This document shows, in pieces, positions 43,351 to 52,800 of a DNA stretch of 64,000 nucleotides. Position 1 is the stretch's first letter. Each line of letters starts with the position of its first letter. The stretch is taken from positions 192,001-256,000 of the forward strand of contig CAVXVB010000007.1 of NCBI GenBank assembly GCA_963765205.1, in the 5' to 3' direction. The notes below the pieces were generated by a model. That model was not told the origin of the DNA and did no database searches. It saw only the letters and a list, made by a program, of their open reading frames with translations. This DNA is from an uncultured Verrucomicrobiae bacterium. Its GTDB lineage: Bacteria > Verrucomicrobiota > Verrucomicrobiia > Opitutales > JABDGR01. The translations under genes and the position numbers were made by a program.

Positions 43351-43950
43351 ATGAGTAAGAACACCGACCCCCGGGTGGACGCCTATATCGCAGAGGCGGC
43401 GGAATTTGCACGGCCGATTCTGCGGCACCTGCGCACGCTGATCCATCAGGCCTGCCCCGCCGCGGAGGAAACCATCAAGTGGCATTCGCCGTTTTTTGTC
43501 CATCACGGCATTCTCTGCTTCATGTCCGCGTTCAAACAACATTGTGCTTTCGGCTTCTGGCGCCAGGACATGCGGACGTTTTTGCAAAAAGACGGCGCGG
43601 ACACCCGGGGGCGTCTGCGCCGCATTACGTCGTTAAAGGACTTGCCCGATGATCGCACGCTGCTGCGTTATATTCGCGAGGCGGCGCACTGCAATGAAGC
43701 CGGCATTCCTGCGCGGCCTGCTCCAAAATCCAAGCCCGAGGCCCGGCCGCTGGCCGATTTGACGAAGGCCTTGCACCAAAACAAAGCCGCCGCCGCGACG
43801 TTTAAGAAATTCAGCCCAAGCCAGCGGCGGGAATATGTCGAATGGATCACCGGGGCGAAACGGCCGGAAACGCGGGTAAAGCGCCTGACGACCACGATCG
43901 AATGGCTCTGCGCAGGCAAACCGCGCCACTGGAAATACCAAAGTGGTTAA
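43351..43950 (+). CDS. YdeI/OmpD-associated family protein (DUF1801 N-terminal domain)
   Basis: DPRVDAYI...EETIKW.SP.F; C-terminal FSPSQRREYVEWITGAKRPETRVKR. Confidence 0.88.
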   Translation: MSKNTDPRVDAYIAEAAEFARPILRHLRTLIHQACPAAEETIKWHSPFFVHHGILCFMSAFKQHCAFGFWRQDMRTFLQKDGADTRGRLRRITSLKDLPDDRTLLRYIREAAHCNEAGIPARPAPKSKPEARPLADLTKALHQNKAAAATFKKFSPSQRREYVEWITGAKRPETRVKRLTTTIEWLCAGKPRHWKYQSG

Positions 43951-44046
43951 GGCAACAAAAGTTCATCGTGATGGGTTTCTGGTTTTGGCACACGGATTTC
44001 CAGCCAAACTTCGAGAATTGAAAACCAAGAACAAGAGAACGAAAAA

Positions 44047-45504
<1,458 letters not shown>

Positions 45505-45680
45505 GGGCACAGTCTGATAATGAAAAACGCAGAATGCAAAATGCAAAATAACGAGTTGTCAGTCTCTGCATCCGGACTTTTACCGGGCTGTAACGGGCCA
45601 GAAAAGGCATGTACTTTCTGCGCCTTCGGCCGATAGCTGACTTATCCTGACTTTCGCAACTCCCTCTTTCCAAGGGACTT

Positions 45681-45710
45681 AAAATGGTCGGGCTGGAGAG
45701 ATTCGAACTC
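45681..45710. repeat. att site (tRNA-distal copy of the tRNA-Pro 3' end)
   Basis: AAAATGGTCGGGCTGGAGAGATTCGAACTC is identical to 52346-52375. Confidence 0.95.
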
Positions 45711-45767
45711 AAATGACTCTGAATCGGAACCCGTTGACAGTAAAAAGATAGCGAAATCCACGCCAAA

Positions 45768-45793
45768 CCGGGTACTTGAAGGAGGCACCGACG
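45768..45793. repeat. 26-bp direct repeat, copy 1 (candidate integrase arm site)
   Basis: CCGGGTACTTGAAGGAGGCACCGACG is identical to 52199-52224. Confidence 0.85.
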
Positions 45794-45908
45794 CACCGGT
45801 CATGCCGTGCCCCGAGTTGGCGCGTGTTGTCACCGTTTGGGAAAAGTTACCGCCTGCCCTTCGTGTGGCCATTTTGGCCATCGTTGATTCAACGAAAGGG
45901 GGCCGGCC

Positions 45909-46145
45909 ATGAACACCTCCGAGCAACAACGGCGGCTGGAAGCGTGGTATGCGAAGGCGCAAAACTACGACAAGTCGTGGCTCGCGCCGCATTTCAGCAC
46001 TTGGCGCAAGGGCAAGTCGCGGCCTCGTGGCGAACCGCCGCCCGCGTCAACCAGCACGGTATTTGACCGCCTGGTGAAGCTCGGTGTCCTCGAAAAAATC
46101 GAAGGGCCGATTTCAAAACGGCGTGAATGGGAGGAAGGAACATGA
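45909..46145 (+). CDS. Small hypothetical protein upstream of rep
   Basis: 78 aa; G-rich SD-like sequence upstream; ATGA overlaps at both ends. Confidence 0.6.
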   Translation: MNTSEQQRRLEAWYAKAQNYDKSWLAPHFSTWRKGKSRPRGEPPPASTSTVFDRLVKLGVLEKIEGPISKRREWEEGT

Positions 46146-47302
46146 ACGCCCTCATCCCAGCCCGGGCGTGCGAGGGGCCGGATGCGCCCGCGTCAGCGGG
46201 CGCGCCGGCCCCCGCCGCCCGAAGCGGCGAGCGTAGCGAGCCGCTTCCTTGTCAACTAATCATTAACAGAGACGAAACAGCTTCGTCGGCTTCCAAGCCC
46301 AACCCACAAAGCAACTTACAAAGCGACAATACCTCGTATCAAAAAAAGGCCGCTTACGCCCTCCACCTCAACTTAGCCAATTTCATTGATACGGCTGGCA
46401 TTGACCATGTCCTGGAATGGACGCTCACTTTTGAGAAGAAGGTTTACGATTACGAAGAAGCGCAACGGGCCTTCCATAGCCTGAGCCGTCGCATCCTGCC
46501 GAAATACTTCCCTGGCACCTGGTGGCGGGTCATTGAACGCCATGCCGACGGAGCCTGGCACTTTCATTTGCTGGTCCAGGTGCCGGTTGATGTCCGCACT
46601 GGTTTCAATTTCCAATCATTCGAGGCCGCCAAGCGCCGGGCCAAGACCCACGGCCAGGACGGCGTCTATCGGATGCTCATGCGCGAGGCTGCGCCGCTTG
46701 ATCACCCCATCCGCGCCCTCTGGAAAGCCATCGGACTCGACCTTTGGGGCAAGCCTGCACGGTCAAAGAATCGCCATCCTGGCCGTCATGGGACTGGCAA
46801 GCGAGCTGCACGGCGTCGTCTGCGCCGGTATAAGTTTGGGCGCTTTCAACTCTGCCCCATTCGCACCTGTGGCAAGGCCATGGGTCGCTACCTCTCCGGT
46901 TACCTCGCCAAAGGCTACGCGGACCGTAAACCCGGCGAAAAACGCTACCGCCTCTATGGCTGCTCCCGAGCGGCATCCAAAAAACGCATGGCTGGGGCGC
47001 AATTCTGCTGGGTCGGTGGCAATGCCAGGGTCTGGCGAAAGAAAGTCGCCCTGGTCGCCCAACGCTTCGGCTGCCGCGACATGGATTCACTCAACCGCCT
47101 CTTTGGCCGCCGCTGGGCCTACAAACTCCGCGAATTCATCCTGGCCCTCAACGTCCCTCATCCTCCCGACCTCGCCAAGTTTAGCGAAAGCGCCCGGCAG
47201 GAATACGAGCAATCCCTCCAACGCCAAAACGAACCCATCCTCGACACCATCTGTCTCCACGCCCAATACCACGCCCTGAGCCGCATCAATCGCGCGAGAT
47301 AG
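46142..47302 (+). CDS. HUH rolling-circle replication initiator (Rep)
   Basis: Motif I WTLTF, motif II WHFHLLV and motif III YLSGYLAK (YxxxYxxK); SD GGAGG precedes ATG 46142. Confidence 0.85.
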   Translation: MNALIPARACEGPDAPASAGAPAPAARSGERSEPLPCQLIINRDETASSASKPNPQSNLQSDNTSYQKKAAYALHLNLANFIDTAGIDHVLEWTLTFEKKVYDYEEAQRAFHSLSRRILPKYFPGTWWRVIERHADGAWHFHLLVQVPVDVRTGFNFQSFEAAKRRAKTHGQDGVYRMLMREAAPLDHPIRALWKAIGLDLWGKPARSKNRHPGRHGTGKRAARRRLRRYKFGRFQLCPIRTCGKAMGRYLSGYLAKGYADRKPGEKRYRLYGCSRAASKKRMAGAQFCWVGGNARVWRKKVALVAQRFGCRDMDSLNRLFGRRWAYKLREFILALNVPHPPDLAKFSESARQEYEQSLQRQNEPILDTICLHAQYHALSRINRAR

Positions 47303-47649
47303 GCCAGGTGCAGGGGCGGCCTGAGCCTCCTGCTACCGACAAGCTGAATCCACCCTTTACCGCCAATGCCTTGGCTCGATGCCGCCGGTTAAGCGCAGTC
47401 CGTGCAAAACTTGTTTTGTGACGGTCTGCGTCAGGCGGTCGAAATCATGTGCCCGCAGTCCGGCGCGCGGATGGGCGGGAGATGAAGCGCATGCGAAGCG
47501 GACGCACAGTAGCGCCCCGGTCTGCGGGATGGACGCAAAATTGCTTTTGACTCACTGTTGACCAATCAGTTACATGTAGCAGCTACTCACGCTAGCACTG
47601 ACAAAGTGTCGGCATTTCGTACCTTCTGTCCGGTTCCTTGCTTCATGCC

Positions 47650-47820
47650 ATGATTGATCATCAAAAGCGTATCGAGGCTGAATTGGAGAAGGTGCGCAAG
47701 CGACTGCTTGATCTTTCTCATGCAAACAGACTGCTTAATTTTCGTCAGACAAAACGATCAACAATCAGAATCGTCCATGAGTCACCAGATATCGGGCTGT
47801 TGCGACGCAAATACAATTAA
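47650..47820 (+). pseudogene. Truncated N-terminus of a DUF4011-type helicase/nuclease gene
   Basis: LEKVRKRLLDLSHANRLLNF resembles the DUF4011 N-terminal LLDLSxRNxLLNF motif; the ORF stops after ~56 aa. Confidence 0.6.
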
Positions 47821-48002
47821 GTCAGCTAAATTGGCTATCAATGCAGCGCAGATAATCGCAAGAGGCACTCCAACTGATGCCGGCATTCTGAGAAATCCCG
47901 CGTGGGATGGGCCCAATGCAGGAGCTTCAAGGTTAATTGAAATTGTCGAATTTCTACAAGCCGAACGAAGTAATCTAAATTTACTCTTAAAGACTGCAGC
48001 TT

Positions 48003-48416
48003 TTGATTCTTCTGCCGCAGATTTATATCTCGGCCTCAAGTCTCTTAACCAGAGAAAATCCAGATCAAACTAACCCTGGACTCTCACCAGATGAGGCCGT
48101 GGAGGTTTTTAATGAATTGAAAAGCAGGGATCTAATTCAGAATCAGGTCATTAAGGATCAAGGTATAAATGGAGGAATTCCGTTTTTAGCCTACAAAATT
48201 AATGCCAACCGCAAGGTTGAGTGGATGGAGACCATAGGTAAAACGGGTATTATTGAACTGTGGCTTAAACCATGGGCGCGGTATATTTGGGGTACAAAGG
48301 CAACGGCAATCAAGGCCTTTTTCTGCGCAGTTGCTTTAGCCTTTTTCGTTAAACTGTCGGGGAACTTTGCAGACTACACTTGGGGCCTCCTGCGCTACAT
48401 ATGGCGACGTTTCTGA
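48003..48416 (+). CDS. AT-rich hypothetical protein with C-terminal hydrophobic segment (start uncertain)
   Basis: 137-aa ORF in the low-GC cargo region; TM-like AFFCAVALAFFVKL. Confidence 0.45.
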   Translation: MILLPQIYISASSLLTRENPDQTNPGLSPDEAVEVFNELKSRDLIQNQVIKDQGINGGIPFLAYKINANRKVEWMETIGKTGIIELWLKPWARYIWGTKATAIKAFFCAVALAFFVKLSGNFADYTWGLLRYIWRRF

Positions 48417-48435
48417 GCAGTATATTCTGGAATAA

Positions 48436-49383
48436 TTATAAATTTGGATTTTTGCCAAACAGCGCCGCTGACCGTTGTTCCATCAGGCGATGGTATTTAT
48501 CGCGAAGTGCTGCTGGGAGGAAGCTGCGCTTGATTAAATCTCTCCATTGAGGAAGCGCCGCCCTTAGATCGGCCATGATGCGCGCGGCTGTGCGGTCATT
48601 AAGACCCAGGCGTTGGCGGGCGAGGTAGTCGGTCAAATCCCCGGGACTCAATTTCCGTTTTTTTCCATTAAGCGGCAGGGCGCTTTCCTCCTGCGGCGGC
48701 GGCAGGTGAATCGTCGTGTTGAGAAAGTCATAACAGGGCGCAAGTTTGATTACGCCTTCCAAGGTAATGACGGAATAATTCTTCAGGTGCATGTCTTCAT
48801 TGCCCAACTGCCAGTTCACGAGGAAGCGGCGATAAAAGTCAGCCAGTTCAATGCTGGGAAAGGTGCAGCGCTGCTGAATAATTTTGATCACGTCCTCGAC
48901 TGATGCGCTATACTTCGATTCACGGCTGGCGCCACTGAGTTGGGCAAAGTCTTCCACGGCCACTCTCTGATCCCGGTCCACCCGGTCAAATCGCCGAATC
49001 CAATAGACCAGGCTGTCGTCTTTTGCATAGAGCATTCCATGGTCGGGCACCGCCAACCCGGCGATTTGGGCCAGGGTCATGGTCAGCGCCTCGTTTTCGG
49101 GCAAGTTGGGATACTGCGGATTCTGCGGCTTGAGGATAAAGCGCCCGCCCTGATCCACAATTTCCATCCGCCCCTCTTTGATGCGCAGCACCGCGCTAAG
49201 CTTGGGCTGCACGCCCTGAATGGACATCTTGGGCGCACGCGCCGCGGCCTCTTGAATCAGCGCGGCGGAATCGAAGGGCAAGGGAGCCAGGCGCTGCAAT
49301 TGCGGATGCAAGCGCCGCAGGCCAGCGGGCGAAAAATCGCCGGCCTTGGGCACGACCTCGTAAGTAATGGGGCAGCGGTTCAT
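48436..49383 (-). CDS. HipA-family Ser/Thr kinase toxin (HipT-like, lacks the N-terminal subdomain)
   Basis: MSIQGVQPKLS P-loop, ILKP, RRFDR, EDFAQL, GNEDMHLKNYS and LAPCYD. Confidence 0.92.
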   Translation of the reverse strand: MNRCPITYEVVPKAGDFSPAGLRRLHPQLQRLAPLPFDSAALIQEAAARAPKMSIQGVQPKLSAVLRIKEGRMEIVDQGGRFILKPQNPQYPNLPENEALTMTLAQIAGLAVPDHGMLYAKDDSLVYWIRRFDRVDRDQRVAVEDFAQLSGASRESKYSASVEDVIKIIQQRCTFPSIELADFYRRFLVNWQLGNEDMHLKNYSVITLEGVIKLAPCYDFLNTTIHLPPPQEESALPLNGKKRKLSPGDLTDYLARQRLGLNDRTAARIMADLRAALPQWRDLIKRSFLPAALRDKYHRLMEQRSAALFGKNPNL

Positions 49384-49703
49384 GTCACGGCCTCCACGGT
49401 GACATCCCCCACCAAGTCCTGGCCCACCACGATCAGTTGGCCAAAAAAATCACTGCGGTCAAGTTTGCGCGCTTTGAGCAACGCCTCCAGTTGCATCCCT
49501 TCCGGCAGCAGGCCGTCAAAAAATGGTGGAAAGCTTTTCCATTCCCATTCGCGTTGATCAATCGGCATCGTCAGGGACACGGGCGGCCCTTGGTAGGATT
49601 CGTCGTAGGAGAATCGAAAGCCTCCCGGTGTTTCCTCCAAAACGCCGGCGAGCACCCGCGCCTTGAACACCTTGGCCTTGCGAAAGATGGTCTTCGTGCT
49701 CAT
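49380..49703 (-). CDS. HipA N-terminal-domain protein (HipS-like)
   Basis: AGVLEE...FRFSYD...PVSLTMP...FPPFFDGLLPEG; 4-nt overlaps with both neighbours. Confidence 0.9.
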   Translation of the reverse strand: MSTKTIFRKAKVFKARVLAGVLEETPGGFRFSYDESYQGPPVSLTMPIDQREWEWKSFPPFFDGLLPEGMQLEALLKARKLDRSDFFGQLIVVGQDLVGDVTVEAVT

Positions 49704-49918
49704 GTGAGCGGAACCTCCTCTTTGCCAAGCGGCGATTTTGCCGTCACGCGAATGTTCAGCGCGCGCAAAACGCGCACCAGGGTTTCGTAACGAACGGTGG
49801 TTTTGCCATTTTCCAAATCCCAGATTACAGTCTTACCCACGCCCGCAAGCTCTGCCAATTGCTGCTGGGTCAGTCCAGCAGCCTTGCGGGTTTGAACAAT
49901 CAGGTCTACGAGGCTCAT
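49700..49918 (-). CDS. HipB-like XRE-family HTH regulator
   Basis: RKAAGLTQQQLAELAGVGKTVIWDLENGK. Confidence 0.92.
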   Translation of the reverse strand: MSLVDLIVQTRKAAGLTQQQLAELAGVGKTVIWDLENGKTTVRYETLVRVLRALNIRVTAKSPLGKEEVPLT

Positions 49919-50077
49919 TACTGTTAAGGCGGTAAAAGACCTGTTTTATTGTCAAAATCGGCCAGCTTTGCAACTAAAATCTAAATTTATACCGCTTCGG
50001 CGGTATTACTTTGACAATTTCCTAGGGATGTTTTCCGTTTTCGCCTTTGGAGGCAAGCATTACCGCTGAGGCGGTAA
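49918..50077. promoter_or_regulatory. Three 18-bp palindromic operators (consensus TTACCGC-N4-GCGGTAA), probable HipB sites
   Basis: Sites at 49918-49935, 49989-50006 and 50060-50077; starts are 71 bp apart. Confidence 0.75.
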
Positions 50078-50121
50078 ATTTAATCGAGAAAACAACTTTT
50101 AATTAATTGATGAAATAGTGA

Positions 50122-50149
50122 TTGACGAAACGTTTTTTTAGACTATTTT
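50122..50149 (+). promoter_or_regulatory. Candidate sigma70 promoter for a leaderless ORF240-alpA-int transcript
   Basis: TTGACG-N16-TATTTT, then 6 nt to ATG 50156. Confidence 0.45.
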
Positions 50150-50155
50150 GGTTTC

Positions 50156-50878
50156 ATGAGCGAAAATTCATTCCCTTTTGTAGTCGTCCCGCCCGAGATG
50201 GAAAAGATCATTGGCACGCGGGTCGGGCCCTCGCATGTCTGGCGTCAGTCAGGCTCTGAGGAAGAATGCTCGGCTTGGTTTGATGCCCTTTGCGAGTGCG
50301 CGGGCCGATGCGTAAGCCCCGGCGGCGTTAGCATGTATTGCCCGGTTTCCCGCGCCGCAGTGCATCGGCGGGTCAAAGACGGCAAACTCTCCTTGTTCCT
50401 GTTTCATGTAACAGAGAACAAAACGGGTCTATTTCGACGCGGCCGCGAGGTTCGCACTTCACCTTACGGCTTCGTCCCGGTGAGTGAATGCAAGGCTTGG
50501 AAAAAAGAATTCGAGGACCGGGCGGTGCGCCAAGAAGAGATCACCCGGGAGGAATTAGAAGGGGCCAAACCGGACTGGGATGGTGAGTTTATCCAGTGGG
50601 ACTCCCGCTGGCAGCGCGAACAACTTGAAGTTGGCGGGCCGCGCGACATTGATCTGGCCATTAAATTGTCCAAGACGGAAATCGAGAGTTTGAATAGATG
50701 GGCGAAAGGTTTCGGAATGGCGGATGGAAAAGCACTGGCCACGATGATTTTGGGCGACGCCATCTATGGCGGACTGAGCGCATATAGCTTTATGAAGCTC
50801 GGCATGAAAATGGCCCGGATGATCGAAAAATCCGGCATCGGAGTCGTCGAATGGAAGGAATTCTTCAAATGGAGCTAA
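50156..50878 (+). CDS. Hypothetical protein, possible DNA-binding regulator
   Basis: 240-aa ORF; VSRAAVHRRVKDGKL resembles an HTH recognition helix. Confidence 0.65.
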   Translation: MSENSFPFVVVPPEMEKIIGTRVGPSHVWRQSGSEEECSAWFDALCECAGRCVSPGGVSMYCPVSRAAVHRRVKDGKLSLFLFHVTENKTGLFRRGREVRTSPYGFVPVSECKAWKKEFEDRAVRQEEITREELEGAKPDWDGEFIQWDSRWQREQLEVGGPRDIDLAIKLSKTEIESLNRWAKGFGMADGKALATMILGDAIYGGLSAYSFMKLGMKMARMIEKSGIGVVEWKEFFKWS

Positions 50879-50880
50879 AA

Positions 50881-51096
50881 ATGCACAATTCAAATTCCAC
50901 CACCTCTAGCGAACCTGACCGACGCCTGCGCAAGCCGGAAGTGCTCAAGCTCATTGGCTATGAAAATCGCACTTTCTATCGGCGGATTGCGGCTGGACAT
51001 TTCCCAAAGCCGGAAAAAGATGGCCGGATGTCGTTCTGGCGGTTGAGCCAGGTGCAAAAATTCTTGGGCAATAACAACGGAGGGCAAACCACATGA
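50881..51096 (+). CDS. AlpA-family regulator / excisionase
   Basis: RRLRKPEVLKLIG...TFYRRIAAGHFPKP...W; ATGA overlap with the integrase. Confidence 0.88.
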   Translation: MHNSNSTTSSEPDRRLRKPEVLKLIGYENRTFYRRIAAGHFPKPEKDGRMSFWRLSQVQKFLGNNNGGQTT

Positions 51097-52574
51097 GATT
51101 TCGCGTTTACATTCCCCACCGCAACGAGGTGAGCAAAACCCGCCGCAAAATCTACTTTGCGGAGTTGCGCATTGATAACGAGCACAAGCCCGTTTTCCGC
51201 AGTCTTGGCACGACGGACAAGCGCGTGGCCGACAAGAGGGCGGAGGCGTTGTTTCAACAGTTGCAACAGGAGGCCGCCGGCGTGCCGACAGTAAAGGCGC
51301 TCACGGAATGGGCAGATCAGTCCCTCGCCAGTTTATCCGAGTCGTTCCTGCGCGATCTCCAAGCCCGCAAAAAATCGAAGGCTACGGTTCGCAAATATGG
51401 AATCGTGCTGGCGAAGTTATTCAAGGAATGCGGCTGGACCACCTTGCGCGACCCGAACGCCGTGCGCTTTGATGAATGGCGGGTTACAGCGGGGCGGAAG
51501 CCGAAAACACTCCATGACTACCTGGGCATCGCCAAAGAGTTCTTCAATTGGCTCGTGAAAAAAGGCTTGCTTCCTAAAAACCCGCTGGAAAATACCGATC
51601 AGGTCAAGCTGCTGGATGAGGATGATTTCCGGTTTGCGCTCTCCCATGAGCAATTAAGCCAGCTTTTCAAGTCGGCGCCCGATATGCGGGCCTTCATCTA
51701 TCGGGTGCTCTACTACACCGCCCTGCGGCGCAACGAGGCCAACCACCTGACCTGGGATAACATCAAATTGGACATCGAGCGCCCGGTCATCATCGTCAAG
51801 GCGTCGGTCGGCAAGAATCGCAAGCCGGACATCATCGAAATCGCCCCGGCCATTTTGCAAGAACTTCGCGATTTTCGTCCGGCAAACTGGCAACCCGAGG
51901 CGCGGGCCTTCTTCGGCCATGTCCCCAAAGTCGAAACGCTGCGGAAAGACCTGCTCAAGGCCGGGATCAAGCCGGAAGACACTTTGGGCCGCCGATTCGA
52001 CCTGCACGCCTTCCGCAAGACTCTGGGCACACATATGGCGCAAGCGGGGGTGCCGATGCACATTACGCAACGCGCCTTGCGGCACCGTGACATCAAGCAG
52101 ACAACGAAATACTACACGGACAAGGCGCTCCTTTCGACCCAGGGCGCGTTTGCCAGCATCGCGGAGTTTTGGAAAGTCTCTCAAGACCCCGAAAATGGCC
52201 GGGTACTTGAAGGAGGCACCGACGATAGGGGCATTTCAGGGCCTTTCATGTCACGCATTGACAATAATGGATACGGAGCGCCTCCTCCGCAAACCCCTGA
52301 AGATGAGCCTTCTAGGCACGTTCTGACACCGGTTGACACTGAAGAAAAATGGTCGGGCTGGAGAGATTCGAACTCTCGACCTCTTGCACCCCATGCAAGC
52401 GCGCTACCAGGCTACGCTACAGCCCGAATTGATACCTCTGAGACCGGGGAAGGGTTAAGGCTACAGGCTCGCCGCAGGAGCGCAAGGAGAAAAGGAGGCG
52501 GGGCTAAAGCTGGGGGTTTTTGGGGTTTAGCGTCTGCGGACGGCTCGGAGAGCCGTCCCTATCAAACTGCGTGA
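51093..52574 (+). CDS. Tyrosine recombinase/integrase; ORF reads through att and antisense across tRNA-Pro
   Basis: YTALRRNE (Arg), HAFRKT (HxxR), LRH and TTKYY (Tyr); N-terminal RSLGTTDKRVA arm-binding-like region. Confidence 0.93.
   Translation: MRFRVYIPHRNEVSKTRRKIYFAELRIDNEHKPVFRSLGTTDKRVADKRAEALFQQLQQEAAGVPTVKALTEWADQSLASLSESFLRDLQARKKSKATVRKYGIVLAKLFKECGWTTLRDPNAVRFDEWRVTAGRKPKTLHDYLGIAKEFFNWLVKKGLLPKNPLENTDQVKLLDEDDFRFALSHEQLSQLFKSAPDMRAFIYRVLYYTALRRNEANHLTWDNIKLDIERPVIIVKASVGKNRKPDIIEIAPAILQELRDFRPANWQPEARAFFGHVPKVETLRKDLLKAGIKPEDTLGRRFDLHAFRKTLGTHMAQAGVPMHITQRALRHRDIKQTTKYYTDKALLSTQGAFASIAEFWKVSQDPENGRVLEGGTDDRGISGPFMSRIDNNGYGAPPPQTPEDEPSRHVLTPVDTEEKWSGWRDSNSRPLAPHASALPGYATARIDTSETGEGLRLQARRRSARRKGGGAKAGGFWGLASADGSESRPYQTA
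52199..52224. repeat. 26-bp direct repeat, copy 2 (candidate integrase arm site)
   Basis: Identical to 45768-45793. Confidence 0.85.
52350..52426 (-). tRNA. tRNA-Pro(GGG), CCA encoded; integration target
   Basis: Reverse complement CGGGCTGTAGCGTAGCCTGGTAGCGCGCTTGCATGGGGTGCAAGAGGTCGAGAGTTCGAATCTCTCCAGCCCGACCA. Confidence 0.97.
52538..52562 (-). repeat. REP-like palindrome
   Basis: Minus strand ATAG-GGACGGCT-CTCCG-AGCCGTCC, the layout of GTAG-class REPs; single copy in this window. Confidence 0.5.
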
Positions 52575-52800
52575 CCGCCCCGCCGATTCTGCGCTTGCGT
52601 TCGGGGCGGCGGCCTATACTGTCTCCCTTTTCCCCTCATGCGGGTGCCGATGGCGGCATGGGGGCCTCAACCCAATCTCCATCGGAATTTAACCCATCCA
52701 CCGTTTACCCAGATCCTAGGTTCTGGTTGTTTGGCCCCCCCGCCGCACTCCGCGGCCGGCGATGGTACCCAACGACCGGGATACGGAGCCAGTTCCCCTC

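Larger units (their letters stand above)
45681..52375. mobile_element. ~6.7 kb integrative element with rolling-circle Rep, inserted in the 3' end of tRNA-Pro(GGG)
   Basis: 30-bp direct repeats at both ends; tyrosine integrase, AlpA-like xis, HUH Rep and a Hip TA system; visibly lower GC than the flanks. Confidence 0.92.

Noticed and set aside
41166..43411. ORF-track N-terminal extensions of the PaaK-like gene (to 43007) and trmB (to 43411)
   Set aside because: The extensions overlap neighbouring genes or translate repeat arrays; shorter starts fit the families.
45685..45710. Second tRNA-Pro gene
   Set aside because: Only the 3' 26 nt are present; it is the att duplication.
45681..52375. 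Filamentous or Microviridae prophage
   Set aside because: No recognisable Zot/pI ATPase, coat proteins or major capsid gene; only Rep is shared with such phages.
52620..52800. rpsB leader regulatory RNA
   Set aside because: Plausible by position, but I could not identify the conserved structure by eye; needs an Rfam/Infernal search.
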